Assembly: GCA_964574595.1 (NCBI GenBank)
Contig: CAZNOF010000008.1
Location: forward strand, 15 to 64,014
Source: an uncultured Pseudomonadales bacterium
Lineage (GTDB): Bacteria > Patescibacteriota > Microgenomatia > UBA1400 > PJMF01
Reading direction: 5' to 3'
DNA: 64,000 bases
The translations under genes were made by a program, and so were the position numbers. This document shows positions 20,497 to 30,974 of the stretch, in pieces (position 1 is the first letter of the stretch; each line of letters begins with the position of its first letter). The notes under the pieces were generated by a model. That model saw only the letters and a list, made by a program, of their open reading frames with translations. It did not search any database and was not told the DNA's origin.

Positions 20497-22255
20497 GTAT
20501 TTTAGTATTCGAATGAGTTTGCAGTACTTCTGTGTATGCTTTCTTGGAAGAAGCAATCAGTGATTTCTCACTAAACTGAACTTGATCAACAAATGAAACG
20601 TTCTGAAATTTCAGGTATTCACCTTGATCTTTTGGGGCTTTGGCGTTCTCAGCTTGTACATCCTTTGGATTCGTCTTTGAATAAAACCAGTAATACATTG
20701 CTGGTCGACCGTATTCCCTTGTAATTTGAACTGGTAAATCAGGAAACTGAAGGCGGTCGTTTTGAAGTGATGTCACCATCTCTTTGTAACCGAATTGCCA
20801 CTCACTCGCATATTGTCTTGGATAAATTAGTGAGTAAAAACGCCAATAGCTGACAAATTGCCATCCGTAAAACACCATGAACGCACTCAGTACTAGAATC
20901 TTCAATAGAGTATCTTTTTGAGGTATCGTCGTCCTCATCAACATACTATTCAGTAGCCCGTATGCCCAAAACGAAACTTGAAATCCACCAAGCCCAAGCA
21001 GAAGAAGCCAAGCCGGCATACTGGGAAGGATTCGTAGAGCGTGAGGTGTGGCTGTGGTTAAAGCTGCTGGAAGAATTCCGACAAATAACCAAGCCAGTAC
21101 TAAATACATGACCGAATTTCGATAACGGATCAAGAAAATGATGCCAGCAAACAGTAGAACTATTTCCCCCGTGTAAAAAAGGCCTACGAACTGAGTTGAG
21201 TGACGAGGGTTAATGTCGCCAGTAAGAAAGAGGAAGGAAAGTGAAAAATGCTTCAAGTAATTTTCGGTAATCATTTGAGCACTGATCACGTAACGATGGT
21301 AGACAATCTTACCTAGCCATTTGGGATTGCTTAACTCAATGAGGCGATTACTTAAAGTTACTTGCCGGCCGTCCGCAAACAAGCTCGTTTCGGCAAAACG
21401 TTGTTGAGTCTGACTACTCTTCAATGAAATGAGTACTGGCGAAATCAGTGCCGTAAAGATGCAACCAGCCAAGATAATAATTCCTAGCTTTTTTTTAATA
21501 AATGTCGTAACCCCGTTGATGGTATTGGTGCCTTGATTCCAAAGTTCTACAACGATATCCAACCAAAAGAAGCCTAATAAGACTGGTGCCACCACTCGTG
21601 TGGCATGGTAGGTATATAAAGATAAAGCTGTAGAAACAACACTCAGCATGAGAACTGGTAGTATTTGTTGCGGTGTTAACATTTTTTCGGAGAGGAGCTT
21701 CTTTCGAACTAGCAATGTCAGGTACATCCCAAGCGTCAGCAACATCGTTGCTTCATTTACTTCCCAACCTCCTCGAGAAAACTGAATGGCCCAAGGGTTC
21801 ACCGCTGCAATGAACATCGTGAAGAGTTGCAAGAGCTGGGGGAAGAATAACGGCAATCCTTGTTTCTTTTTCACTGTTGCCTCCCCGATTTCCTTTGCCA
21901 ACAATCCGAGTAAGACCACAATCACAACTCCGCTCACGGCACTTGGAAAGCGAACAGCAAAATCAGTTAAACCAAATACTGCAATGGAAGGAACTAGTGA
22001 GTAAAAGTAAAAGCTGGGTTTGTAGTCGCCAAAAGATTCAAATGCCACTAATGGTAGAAAGTGACCATGATGATCGCGTGCAGTTTGCAAAATTGAGTAA
22101 GCATCGTATCCCAAAGCAGCTTCCTCCCAATAAAGTGATGGCGGAAACTTGGTGAGTCCGACAAATCTTGTAAAAATCGAGATCAAAATACAGGCCACAA
22201 TTCCGAGAAAGATGAAACGTTGAGGCCAGTTGTGAGTTTGTTTTTTCAATGCCAT
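20438..22255 (-). CDS. PMT_2/ArnT-like membrane glycosyltransferase, tandem paralog 4 (EE variant of DE motif)
   Basis: 605 aa. LYWEEAALGYDAYSILQTARDHHGH aligns with the DE loop of the other paralogs but carries EE instead of DE. Confidence 0.6.
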   Translation of the reverse strand: MALKKQTHNWPQRFIFLGIVACILISIFTRFVGLTKFPPSLYWEEAALGYDAYSILQTARDHHGHFLPLVAFESFGDYKPSFYFYSLVPSIAVFGLTDFAVRFPSAVSGVVIVVLLGLLAKEIGEATVKKKQGLPLFFPQLLQLFTMFIAAVNPWAIQFSRGGWEVNEATMLLTLGMYLTLLVRKKLLSEKMLTPQQILPVLMLSVVSTALSLYTYHATRVVAPVLLGFFWLDIVVELWNQGTNTINGVTTFIKKKLGIIILAGCIFTALISPVLISLKSSQTQQRFAETSLFADGRQVTLSNRLIELSNPKWLGKIVYHRYVISAQMITENYLKHFSLSFLFLTGDINPRHSTQFVGLFYTGEIVLLFAGIIFLIRYRNSVMYLVLAWLFVGILPAALTTATPHALRILPSMPAWLLLLGLGGFQVSFWAYGLLNSMLMRTTIPQKDTLLKILVLSAFMVFYGWQFVSYWRFYSLIYPRQYASEWQFGYKEMVTSLQNDRLQFPDLPVQITREYGRPAMYYWFYSKTNPKDVQAENAKAPKDQGEYLKFQNVSFVDQVQFSEKSLIASSKKAYTEVLQTHSNTKILNEISDPSGKIVWVLYVIE

Positions 22256-22256
22256 A

Positions 22257-23903
22257 TTACTTCGTTTTCACCAAGACAAACTTGACTTTGCCATCAGAAC
22301 CGTAGACGAGTTGGTCAGCTTTTTCTGGTGGAATTTGGTCAGGCGTAGCCATTAGGACTGTGTTTTTTCTGGCAAGATCTCCCTCAGACAGTTTGTGCAA
22401 ATAGACGTACTTAATCATTGATCCTCCTTGGTACCAAATCGGATTTGTTTGTCGCACAAAGAGTGCAAAGATGTACGCTTGTCCATACGTGTCGCTAATT
22501 AAAATCTGGTCAGAAGTAGGCTCATTTTTTACAGCAAACTGGAAGGCTTCGATGAAGCCATCTTGAAAATCATTCGCTGACTCATGGGCAAAAGTTGTGT
22601 AGTAGTCATGTAGATAGCTCATTGAAAAGAGCGCGTGAAATAAAATTGTGACTCCAAGGACTGATTTCACCAGCAAGTGTGTCTCGCCTTTGCTGCCACT
22701 GACACTCTTATCTAAACTGGTTGTAGAAAGCCACTTCAATAGATAAAAGCCACCCAAAACCGCTAATAGGACAAAGCCGGGAAATGCTAAAATGGCTCGA
22801 TTGCCATGAGGGACGTCTGTGCCAATTACCGCAGGGAGTGTGCCAACAATTACCCAGGTTGTAGCTAGGAAAAGTGATAGCAACCCGTCAGGTAACATTC
22901 TTCGGTTTTGAAGAAATCGGTTGCCTTTGAGTAGAAAAAAGATCAAACCAGCGAGACCTAGGAGTAGGTCGGTAAGGTACAAAATGCCCCAATGGCCATC
23001 GCCATGTCTTAAGGTTACTGTTTGCCCAAATATTAGGTAGGCGGCTGAGAAATGAGCAAGAGTATGACTGGACAGAACTTGAATCAACTGAATGAGTGGT
23101 AGATGTTGGCCAAAGACAGTTGCTTGTCCAAAACGATCTCCCCCATTACCAAAAAATGAGTCCTTCATAAGAGGTAAAAGCAGCACACCCCCAAAAATTC
23201 CAGCCGAGATATACTGTTTCAGTCGGAGCTTTATTCCGTTCCAATTTGTTGCCGCAACGGCAAGAAAGACAAGCGGTGTGACGATCTTAGCACTGTGGTA
23301 CGTATAAAAAGATGCCACTGCAAAAAGAACACTCAGGACTAAAATAGCAATTTGCTTTCTTGATTGTGCTTTTGACTTTGGTAAAGAACAATCGAAAAAA
23401 TAGAGTAAGCAAACAACACCCCACATCAGGAATGAGAGAGCCATACCACTTTCAAAGCCGATTCGTGAAAAATGAATATGCCAAGGTGATAAGGCTGTAA
23501 TAAGACCCGCCGCAAGCCCGAGCACTTTGCTTTCATCTTCACTCATCCCTCGTTTAGCCAACAAGTACGTTAGGAGAATCATGGCAACCACAGATGAAGT
23601 ACCCACCAACGCAAACGGCAGACGGACAGCAAAAAGATTCATCCCTAAAAGAAAAGTAAAAGGTCCATTTAAGTAGATGGCCAACGGAGATTTATAGTCC
23701 CCAAATGACTTGAAGGAAATTGGCACTCGGTGCAGCCACTCGTCTCTGCGCGTGTGAAATATGGCAAATCCATTATACCCAATGGCTGCTTCATCCCAGG
23801 TCATCCCATGAGGAATGTTACCTAATTGATAAAGACGCAAAGCCCCAGCTAAGACGATGATCAATATGGACAAAATCACGAATGCTTTGCTTAGTTGTTT
23901 CAT
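22257..23903 (-). CDS. PMT_2/ArnT-like membrane glycosyltransferase, tandem paralog 5
   Basis: 548 aa. MTWDEAAIGYNGFAIFHTRRDEWLHRVPI loop motif. Confidence 0.65.
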   Translation of the reverse strand: MKQLSKAFVILSILIIVLAGALRLYQLGNIPHGMTWDEAAIGYNGFAIFHTRRDEWLHRVPISFKSFGDYKSPLAIYLNGPFTFLLGMNLFAVRLPFALVGTSSVVAMILLTYLLAKRGMSEDESKVLGLAAGLITALSPWHIHFSRIGFESGMALSFLMWGVVCLLYFFDCSLPKSKAQSRKQIAILVLSVLFAVASFYTYHSAKIVTPLVFLAVAATNWNGIKLRLKQYISAGIFGGVLLLPLMKDSFFGNGGDRFGQATVFGQHLPLIQLIQVLSSHTLAHFSAAYLIFGQTVTLRHGDGHWGILYLTDLLLGLAGLIFFLLKGNRFLQNRRMLPDGLLSLFLATTWVIVGTLPAVIGTDVPHGNRAILAFPGFVLLAVLGGFYLLKWLSTTSLDKSVSGSKGETHLLVKSVLGVTILFHALFSMSYLHDYYTTFAHESANDFQDGFIEAFQFAVKNEPTSDQILISDTYGQAYIFALFVRQTNPIWYQGGSMIKYVYLHKLSEGDLARKNTVLMATPDQIPPEKADQLVYGSDGKVKFVLVKTK

Positions 23904-23906
23904 ATA

Positions 23907-24776
23907 TTAAAACTTCTTGCCCATTTTCCAGCTCCAATACGGTTTCCAAATGAGGTACTGCAGCTTTTGAAGCCAGGTACTATTTTTAAGAGTGAAATAG
24001 TTGGCATTTTTCCAACTCATTTCCTCTATCTTCGTACTACCAAATGTTGATGAGTTGGTCGTCTCATGATTATGATCAACTTTTGCTTTACTTTCAAATA
24101 AGACTTTCCAGCCACGCTCTCGTGCTCTAAATGACAGGTCAACATCCTCCCAGTATGCAGGAGAATACGCTATGTCGAAGCCTCCCAGAACATTCCATTT
24201 TTCTTTATCAAACAATCCACTTCCACCACTAACCCAGGCGGTCTCTCCTGAATCCATTTTCGCTGCTCGATTATGCATGAACATGCCTCGTTCAAATCGA
24301 AGTACATTTTTTCCAGATGTGACTTGCTGGTTGTTTGAGGTCTTTTCATTTTCACTACAGCCCACTGCGAAAACAGTTGGATCCTCAAAGTGTGGCAGTA
24401 AGTGTTGCAATACATCCGGGTGAGGTTGGACGTCACTGTTTAGTAAAAAAAGGAGGTCATTTTTGGCAAGTGACACGGCGCGGTTTACATTTGCCGCAAA
24501 TCGCAAGTTAACTGCATTTCTCACAACTGTTAAATCAATCGTCTTCTTTTGGTACTGAACGAGTGCGTAATAAGTCTTGTAATCTTTGGTGGATTTTTCG
24601 GGTACCTCAGTCAGAAAATACTTGTCTTGCAAAAATCGCAATGAGTTATCTGTACTGTTATCGTCAATCACAATCACTTCATCATTGCTACGAAGCGTTT
24701 CAAAAACCAGCGGCAAGTTCTCAGCTAAGAGTGTGGCTCCGTTATAATTTGGAATGATAACTGACACAGACTTCAT
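23907..24776 (-). CDS. glycosyltransferase family 2
   Basis: VSVIIPNYNGATLL...VIVIDDNSTDNS...DxD; 289 aa. Confidence 0.8.
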   Translation of the reverse strand: MKSVSVIIPNYNGATLLAENLPLVFETLRSNDEVIVIDDNSTDNSLRFLQDKYFLTEVPEKSTKDYKTYYALVQYQKKTIDLTVVRNAVNLRFAANVNRAVSLAKNDLLFLLNSDVQPHPDVLQHLLPHFEDPTVFAVGCSENEKTSNNQQVTSGKNVLRFERGMFMHNRAAKMDSGETAWVSGGSGLFDKEKWNVLGGFDIAYSPAYWEDVDLSFRARERGWKVLFESKAKVDHNHETTNSSTFGSTKIEEMSWKNANYFTLKNSTWLQKLQYLIWKPYWSWKMGKKF

Positions 24777-25888
24777 TTGATCATCTCCGTGAGTGTTTTA
24801 ATAAATGGATCTTTCCCAAAATTCTTTGCTCGCGTCACTGCCTTCTCTGCCAATTCGTGACGCAGTTCGTCATTTTCGATAATTGAGGCTGTCATTTTTG
24901 TGAGTTCTTCAGTCTTCTGCCAGGCGAGATTTTTGAGCGAGCTGCCTAAAACCTCAATTTGGCCTCCTTTTCCAACAGGGAGTGGGATACATCCAAAATT
25001 CATGGCTTCTACAGTACTAATTCCAAAATGCTCTACTTTTTCTGGATTAAGTTGTTCGTCAACCTCAAATCCCGCTGCATGCCAGTAAAAAGTGGCTTGC
25101 TGATAGTACTTCAGCAGTTCTGTTCTGCTAAGTGAGTGATGTAGTTCAATCGAATATCCTTTTGCAAGCTCTTTAACTCGTTCTGCATACCGTGAATCTT
25201 CTATTGGACCAACTAAAACCAACTTCCAACCCTTCATCAGTTTCGGTTGCCGATCAACCATCTCTTTAAAAGCAGTCACCAAAACGTCCTGGCGCTTACT
25301 ATGCAAGTGATCAAAAAATCTGCCGACACTGAGGATTACTTTTTCTTTCTTTTTCTCTTCGTATGTAGCCTGTGGAATATCAATCATTGGATAATGAACA
25401 AACTGAATATGGGTCTGCCAGCTTTTTTCAACAACATGCTGCGTGAACTGAGAGTTGGCATTTCTGATTGACCAATTGGATAGTTTCAGCTTGTCTATGA
25501 ACGAAGTCTTAGACTGAGTGAATGGAATTTGAATATGAAGAATATTCTTCTTTGCCAGACTAAAAAATAAACTGCCATCGGTTACCAAATAGAGCATGTC
25601 AAACTGTTTAGTGAACTGAAGTTTTTCTAAAGCTGAATGCGCCGCGCCTAAGGGTGAGTGCTGAAATGTGATGCCATCTAATGAAGTTCCAAGAAAGAGT
25701 TGGTATTTTTCTTTGACTTCTCTCAGAAAGTTTTCATTTGCATCTATCTGGTTTTCTAACAATACAATTACTTGATGACCAAGATCGGCGAGTGACCGGG
25801 CGACATCGAAAAAGTATTTTTCTCCGCCACCTGCGTGAACAGGGACATATGGTGAGTAAAGCCCTATCTTCATTTTTCCTTTTTCCAA
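24773..25888 (-). CDS. glycosyltransferase family 1 (GT4-type)
   Basis: MKIGLYSPYVPVHAGGGEKY N-terminus and C-terminal GT1 fold signature (ISTVEAMNFGCIPL). Start may be the internal Met at 25873. Confidence 0.75.
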   Translation of the reverse strand: MEKGKMKIGLYSPYVPVHAGGGEKYFFDVARSLADLGHQVIVLLENQIDANENFLREVKEKYQLFLGTSLDGITFQHSPLGAAHSALEKLQFTKQFDMLYLVTDGSLFFSLAKKNILHIQIPFTQSKTSFIDKLKLSNWSIRNANSQFTQHVVEKSWQTHIQFVHYPMIDIPQATYEEKKKEKVILSVGRFFDHLHSKRQDVLVTAFKEMVDRQPKLMKGWKLVLVGPIEDSRYAERVKELAKGYSIELHHSLSRTELLKYYQQATFYWHAAGFEVDEQLNPEKVEHFGISTVEAMNFGCIPLPVGKGGQIEVLGSSLKNLAWQKTEELTKMTASIIENDELRHELAEKAVTRAKNFGKDPFIKTLTEMIK

Positions 25889-26691
25889 AGTTGAAGGAGC
25901 TCTTTTTCTTGCTCGAGGTACTTGTCTTCTAAAGAAGGATGTTGCTGCAACTCCCAGAGTTGGATATAGACTAAAATGCGATTAATTCCTTGCACTACGG
26001 CTTCAACCCAACCTTCCATTCCGTCTTTATAGCCGCCTTGAAGAATGTATCGCCTGAAAATCTCCATCACACCTTTTCTGACCAATGTGGTTTTTCTGAC
26101 AGAGGCAGTTCCACCTTCATAAAGCAGGCGTGCTTCAATTGGTGTCCAAGAAGTAGTTTTTTTCAGGCCATCAATCGTATTGCGGTGAGTAAGATGTAAC
26201 AAGGAACTGTGTAATAGAACTGGTTTTGATTGAAGTGAAGGACTTTCATGAATATCACCAGACCAACCAGTAAACGCACTCGTTCGAAAGACGCGTGTCT
26301 GTAAATCATTTTGCCACCCACCATGATGAAATACTTTCCCGTACATCATGTTTTCGCGGTTCATTTGCAGCGCTTCTGCTGAGGTTGTTTCTACCTGAAC
26401 CAGGATTTCTTTAGCCAATCTCGGTGAGACTCTCTCGTCTGCATCAATATAGAACACCCAGTCAAAATCCTTGGCCTTTTCTAAACCAAAGTTTCGAGAT
26501 TCTGAAAATGAAGTTGTGAGTTTGGTAAATACCTTCGCTTTGAGTTGTTCTGCGATTGATGTGGTTCGGTCATCTGACCCATTGTCGATGACAAAAACCT
26601 GATCACACCAGCCTAACGTCTCTAGACAGTTAGCCAGCATTTTCTCTTCATTCTTGGTGATAATAATCGCAGCTAACGTTGGTTTAGACAT
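25870..26691 (-). CDS. glycosyltransferase family 2
   Basis: LAAIIITKNEEKMLANCLETL...VIDNGSDDRT...YIDADE. ORF-track start (MGNGQNGQ...) trimmed to Met-18 (MSKPTL), which leaves a 12-bp gap to the upstream gene. Confidence 0.75.
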   Translation of the reverse strand: MSKPTLAAIIITKNEEKMLANCLETLGWCDQVFVIDNGSDDRTTSIAEQLKAKVFTKLTTSFSESRNFGLEKAKDFDWVFYIDADERVSPRLAKEILVQVETTSAEALQMNRENMMYGKVFHHGGWQNDLQTRVFRTSAFTGWSGDIHESPSLQSKPVLLHSSLLHLTHRNTIDGLKKTTSWTPIEARLLYEGGTASVRKTTLVRKGVMEIFRRYILQGGYKDGMEGWVEAVVQGINRILVYIQLWELQQHPSLEDKYLEQEKELLQLWKKEK

Positions 26692-26702
26692 ATTTCGTCC
26701 GC

Positions 26703-27659
26703 TTAAAACATGGTTTCTTTGCCCATTTTGCCCATTACCCAATCAAGGGCACCTTTTTGTTCTGGGGCAACACCGGTAATAAGTTTCATTATGGCAAACT
26801 TCCAGATGACAAGCAAATAATGAATATACTCTAATCCGTCACCAAATGCAGAATGGACTTGTCTGAGTGAGGCATACTTTGTAAAAAAGAATAATCGATT
26901 TCTGGTTTGGTAATATTGATGTAAGCCAGAACCTGCCCCACCACTTGAACCAGCATTTTTATGCCAAACGTGGGCCTCAGGGCAAAAAAGAAGTTTATAC
27001 CCAGCATTTCGAATTCTGACGCTCCAATCAACATCCTCTAAATAGAGAAAGTACCTTGCATCTAGTGTGCCAATACTCTCGGTAACTTTGCGTGGAATCA
27101 GGACACAGCAACCTGTAGCAAACTCACTTTCAGTCTGTTGTAAAAACTGGCCGCGATCAACTTCATCAACACCTCGATGGAAACAGTCTAGATTATCCCA
27201 GTCGATACTACCACCAGCGTACCAGATGACATTCCCCTGTTCATCAACTGGGTAACTCCCTTTGTGAAACTCACGGCCAGGAGAAAAATAAATAAGTGGA
27301 GAAACCATACCCACATCCGAGTTTTGTTCAGCACATTTCACAAGTTGGTTTAGAAATTGAGGATCAACGGTGGTGTCATTATTAAGGAGCAGTAAGTAGT
27401 CTGGACCAAAATTTTCGATGGCATGTTTAATACCCAAGTTATTGCCATCTGTGAAACCTAAATTTGTGTCACTTCGCAAAACAGTAACATTGGATGATTG
27501 GAGTTTATCAGGCAGTTGGAGCGTGTCTTTTGAACCATTATCAACTACCACAATCGAAATTGAGAAATGAGGATGCTTGACCTTCTTCAAGGATTGCAAA
27601 CACTCAATTGTATCTGCTTCACCACTATAGTGAACAATGATGATAGAGACGTGCAACAT
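26703..27659 (-). CDS. glycosyltransferase family 2 (rhamnosyltransferase-like)
   Basis: VSIIIVHYSGEADTIECLQSL...VVDNGSKD...LNNDT motifs; 318 aa. Confidence 0.75.
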   Translation of the reverse strand: MLHVSIIIVHYSGEADTIECLQSLKKVKHPHFSISIVVVDNGSKDTLQLPDKLQSSNVTVLRSDTNLGFTDGNNLGIKHAIENFGPDYLLLLNNDTTVDPQFLNQLVKCAEQNSDVGMVSPLIYFSPGREFHKGSYPVDEQGNVIWYAGGSIDWDNLDCFHRGVDEVDRGQFLQQTESEFATGCCVLIPRKVTESIGTLDARYFLYLEDVDWSVRIRNAGYKLLFCPEAHVWHKNAGSSGGAGSGLHQYYQTRNRLFFFTKYASLRQVHSAFGDGLEYIHYLLVIWKFAIMKLITGVAPEQKGALDWVMGKMGKETMF

Positions 27660-27702
27660 AACAATAATTGTACATCACCTTGAAACAGAGTGCTGTTTGG
27701 GA

Positions 27703-28623
27703 TTACAGTCTAAATTTTCGTCTGATTTGCCAAGCTATTTTACTTATTCCACTTGACCTTGCCACATGCCGGTCGGCTATCCAGTAATTCAGGTCAGACT
27801 TGAACTGATCTAGCTCTTGAAGAACGACCGTTTCCTCTAGTTGGGCCACTGGAAAACCGCTTCGTTCCCACACCTTCAAGTAAGTGGCAACTTGATACAT
27901 TGACTGCAAAAGTGATAATCCCACACCGTGAATCCCCTCTTTTATCCCATCCTCTTGAAAAAGCCGTCTGAAAAACTCATCACTGAACAGATGAAGTACT
28001 TTTGCTGAGTTGAATGAATCAGGTGATTTTTCAAGTTCTGCCTCAATGGATGTATACCTATTTAAGCGATCAATATACTGGTCTACGTGTTGAAAGTTGT
28101 GATGCAAAATAGTGGCATTTTGTTCAACTGGGAGGTAACCTGTCTTGCCATCAATCAATGGCGTACTGTGAATTTTGTCCGACCAACTAACTTTCCCTTT
28201 TTTAAATAGTCTCAGTTGGAAATCTGGCCACCAGCCAGTGCCAGTCATTTTTCTGCCAAAAATTTCATTTCTCCTAGCGACAAAAAAAGCTACTTCAGAG
28301 ACTTTGGTGTTTTCGACAACACTTTTAATTTCTTGAGCAAGTTCCGGTGTGACCTCTTCATCGGAATCTAAAATGAAAACCCAATCTGCTGTAGCTTTAC
28401 TAATTGCCAAATTTCTTGCTGGTTCGACGTAGTTACTGTCAGTGCCTGTTTCAAAAAACTCAACATTAAACTTTTTGGCAATCTGCTTTGTTTTGTCAGA
28501 ACTCTTCATGTCCATGATGACAATCTGGCTGGCAAAACTTTCGACACTTTTTAAAGCATCTGCCAAAGTTCCTTCAGAATTTTTGGTATTTATGACAACA
28601 CTCAGTGGTAACTTATCATTCAT
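27703..28623 (-). CDS. glycosyltransferase family 2
   Basis: LSVVINTKNSEGTLADAL...IMDMKSSDKT...ILDSDEE (DxD); 306 aa. Confidence 0.75.
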   Translation of the reverse strand: MNDKLPLSVVINTKNSEGTLADALKSVESFASQIVIMDMKSSDKTKQIAKKFNVEFFETGTDSNYVEPARNLAISKATADWVFILDSDEEVTPELAQEIKSVVENTKVSEVAFFVARRNEIFGRKMTGTGWWPDFQLRLFKKGKVSWSDKIHSTPLIDGKTGYLPVEQNATILHHNFQHVDQYIDRLNRYTSIEAELEKSPDSFNSAKVLHLFSDEFFRRLFQEDGIKEGIHGVGLSLLQSMYQVATYLKVWERSGFPVAQLEETVVLQELDQFKSDLNYWIADRHVARSSGISKIAWQIRRKFRL

Positions 28624-28645
28624 ATGTCAGCTTTCTTATCTCATA

Positions 28646-29254
28646 TTACGGTGTAATTGTTGTTTCATTTAACCATAACTTATGCTCAAGAATGTCTTTT
28701 TCTTTTTTTCCGTAATCGAAAAGACCTAATGTCGCTACCATTTCTTGTGTAGATCGCAAAAAAACGAGATGAATTTTACCGTCCCCGCTTTGAAAGGCGA
28801 TTCTATCAGGCTTGATTACTAGGGGCTTCACATTCTTCTGATTAGCAAACGACTCACCAATATAGTCCTCTGGTGTTTTCTCAACAATACTGTCCGTGCT
28901 CTCTAAGTGATCAGATGTAAATTTGAGGAGTACTGCTTTGCTGGTCGTTATTTCGTTAAATTGCAATGCACCCGCTAGACTTACCACCTGAGGGTCAAAT
29001 GTAAATGTTCCTGGTGTGTAAAACTCGCGGAACTGCCAGTAGTCTCTCATGGTAAAGGTACTATCTTGCATGTGAGATAAAAACTTAACAGCCTTTTGTT
29101 GACGAACAAACTTTTGACCTAGATGCAGAGCGGGGTGAAATAGTGCAGCTCCTAGTATGAAAAGAATAGTTATAACTCCTGCAAAAAAGAGCTGCTCACG
29201 AACTATATTTTTAGTATACAATTTCTGCATGACACGTCCAAAAGAATGGTACAT
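28646..29254 (-). CDS. hypothetical membrane-anchored protein (single N-terminal TM helix plus extracytoplasmic domain)
   Basis: 202-aa ORF with FFAGVITILFILGAALF helix. No recognisable motif. Start may be the Met at 29230. Confidence 0.5.
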   Translation of the reverse strand: MYHSFGRVMQKLYTKNIVREQLFFAGVITILFILGAALFHPALHLGQKFVRQQKAVKFLSHMQDSTFTMRDYWQFREFYTPGTFTFDPQVVSLAGALQFNEITTSKAVLLKFTSDHLESTDSIVEKTPEDYIGESFANQKNVKPLVIKPDRIAFQSGDGKIHLVFLRSTQEMVATLGLFDYGKKEKDILEHKLWLNETTITP

Positions 29255-30974
29255 TTATGTACTTTTATTCATTGTATCATTGATTTTTACAGCTGACTTG
29301 TTCATGCATTCTGGAAGACCTGTTACTTTTGATGGACCCACACACTTAACGACAATGGCTCAGTTTGCAACTGGGTTACTCCAACGTCAGTTTCCAGTTA
29401 GTTGGGCTGATGGCTTCGGCAATTACGGCATGCCAATTCCGATAATTGCTCAGCAGACGACTTCCTATCTCGGTGGTTTTTTCTATCTCATCGCACGCAA
29501 CATATTTGTCGCGTACAACCTGACTGTTTTGCTAGGCGCTTTTGTGTCCGTGATTGCTGTCTATGTTTGCTTAAGATATTGGTACTCACTTGAAAGCTCA
29601 CTAGCCGGCGCACTACTCTTCATGTTTGCCCCGTACCGCATGATCAATGTTTTCATCCGGGGAGATATTCCGGAGTTCTTCGTCAGCCGCTTCCTGCCAA
29701 TTACTAGTTTGGGCTTTCTGTTCACGATTCAAAAAAGAAAGTGGTGGGGATTAGGACTAGTTTCTCTAGGGGTTTCTGGAATTCTCTTCACTCATCCAAT
29801 CATGACTGTGCCACTAGGAATGTTATTAGGTCCGATTTGGTTAGTGTTAGCATTTACAAACAGAAGAAATTGGAAAGCACTCTTAGGGACAGTAATCGCT
29901 GCTGGATTTGGTGCTGTCATAGCTGCCTTTTATCTTGTCCCGCTTTTTGGAGAGATCAAGTACTTTTACTATGGGCTTGGCACTGAGCATTTAATTAATA
30001 ATCAGTACCTAAGTTTGCAGAACTTTTTTCACCCTGGATGGTTTTACTTTTGGCAAAATGACACGGGTCCTAGAGGCCAGTACTTCCATATGGGAAGTCT
30101 AGAGGGAGTCATCTTTTTGTTAGCGATTGCTGTTGCAATTTGGTCACTCACTCAAAAAAACAAGCAGCGATTCGCCTCACTCTACTTAGGCGTCGGACTG
30201 TGTGCATTGAGTATCTTTCTGACTTTGCCCGCATCTGATTTTATCTACCAACATGTTCTGCTCTTAAACAACATTCAGCACCCATGGCGAATGCTGACCG
30301 CCCTGATTTTCTTGCCGCCTTTCTTGTTAACAGATTTGTCTGAGCGTTTTTTGAAAAATGACAAGAGTAAGCAAATTCTCGTAGTGGGTGTGACGCTGTT
30401 TGTGATTCTGTTTAGAATTCCCCAAACCTATGGAAAGAACTACATTTACTATCCGGAAAGTATGTATTTCTTTACGATTACAAATTTACATGGCACCAAC
30501 CTAAACACCGTTTGGACGGGAAATACTCGAGATTACCCGGTAAAAGAAAAGAAGTATGAAGTAATTGAAGGGAATGGCACTGTCACTAAAGCAGTCGTGC
30601 AAAATGGCATTAGGCACTACACCGTCCAAGCAAGTGGTCCTGTCAGATTAGCAGACTATACCTTTTACTTCCCAGGTTGGAAGTTATCAGTGGATGGCAA
30701 GCCAGCTAGCATTGAGTTTCAAGACATGAACTATCGTGGTGTTATCACCTACAAGCTGGATGCCGGCACTCACCAGGTAGATCTAGTATTTGGAGACACT
30801 AATGTCCGAAAGGCCGGAAAAATACTTAGCCTTGCAGGCCTCTTGGGCCTAGGTATTTGGCTGTGGAGTGAAAGCACGTGGCACTGGTTACTCGGACTTG
30901 ATAATGGTCTACACACTTTGGTGAAACCAACAGTCCTACAGAAAAAAACTGTCAAAAATAAACGAGCTCGTTAA
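29229..30974 (+). CDS. polytopic membrane protein, paralog family B (putative GT-C glycosyltransferase)
   Basis: Start moved to the ATG at 29229 (MTRPKEWYIYVLLF...). HSGRPVTFDGPTHLTTMAQFATGLLQRQFPVSWADGFGNYGMPIP and a C-terminal ADYTFYFPGWK motif parallel those of 33194-34957. Confidence 0.5.
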   Translation: MTRPKEWYIYVLLFIVSLIFTADLFMHSGRPVTFDGPTHLTTMAQFATGLLQRQFPVSWADGFGNYGMPIPIIAQQTTSYLGGFFYLIARNIFVAYNLTVLLGAFVSVIAVYVCLRYWYSLESSLAGALLFMFAPYRMINVFIRGDIPEFFVSRFLPITSLGFLFTIQKRKWWGLGLVSLGVSGILFTHPIMTVPLGMLLGPIWLVLAFTNRRNWKALLGTVIAAGFGAVIAAFYLVPLFGEIKYFYYGLGTEHLINNQYLSLQNFFHPGWFYFWQNDTGPRGQYFHMGSLEGVIFLLAIAVAIWSLTQKNKQRFASLYLGVGLCALSIFLTLPASDFIYQHVLLLNNIQHPWRMLTALIFLPPFLLTDLSERFLKNDKSKQILVVGVTLFVILFRIPQTYGKNYIYYPESMYFFTITNLHGTNLNTVWTGNTRDYPVKEKKYEVIEGNGTVTKAVVQNGIRHYTVQASGPVRLADYTFYFPGWKLSVDGKPASIEFQDMNYRGVITYKLDAGTHQVDLVFGDTNVRKAGKILSLAGLLGLGIWLWSESTWHWLLGLDNGLHTLVKPTVLQKKTVKNKRAR

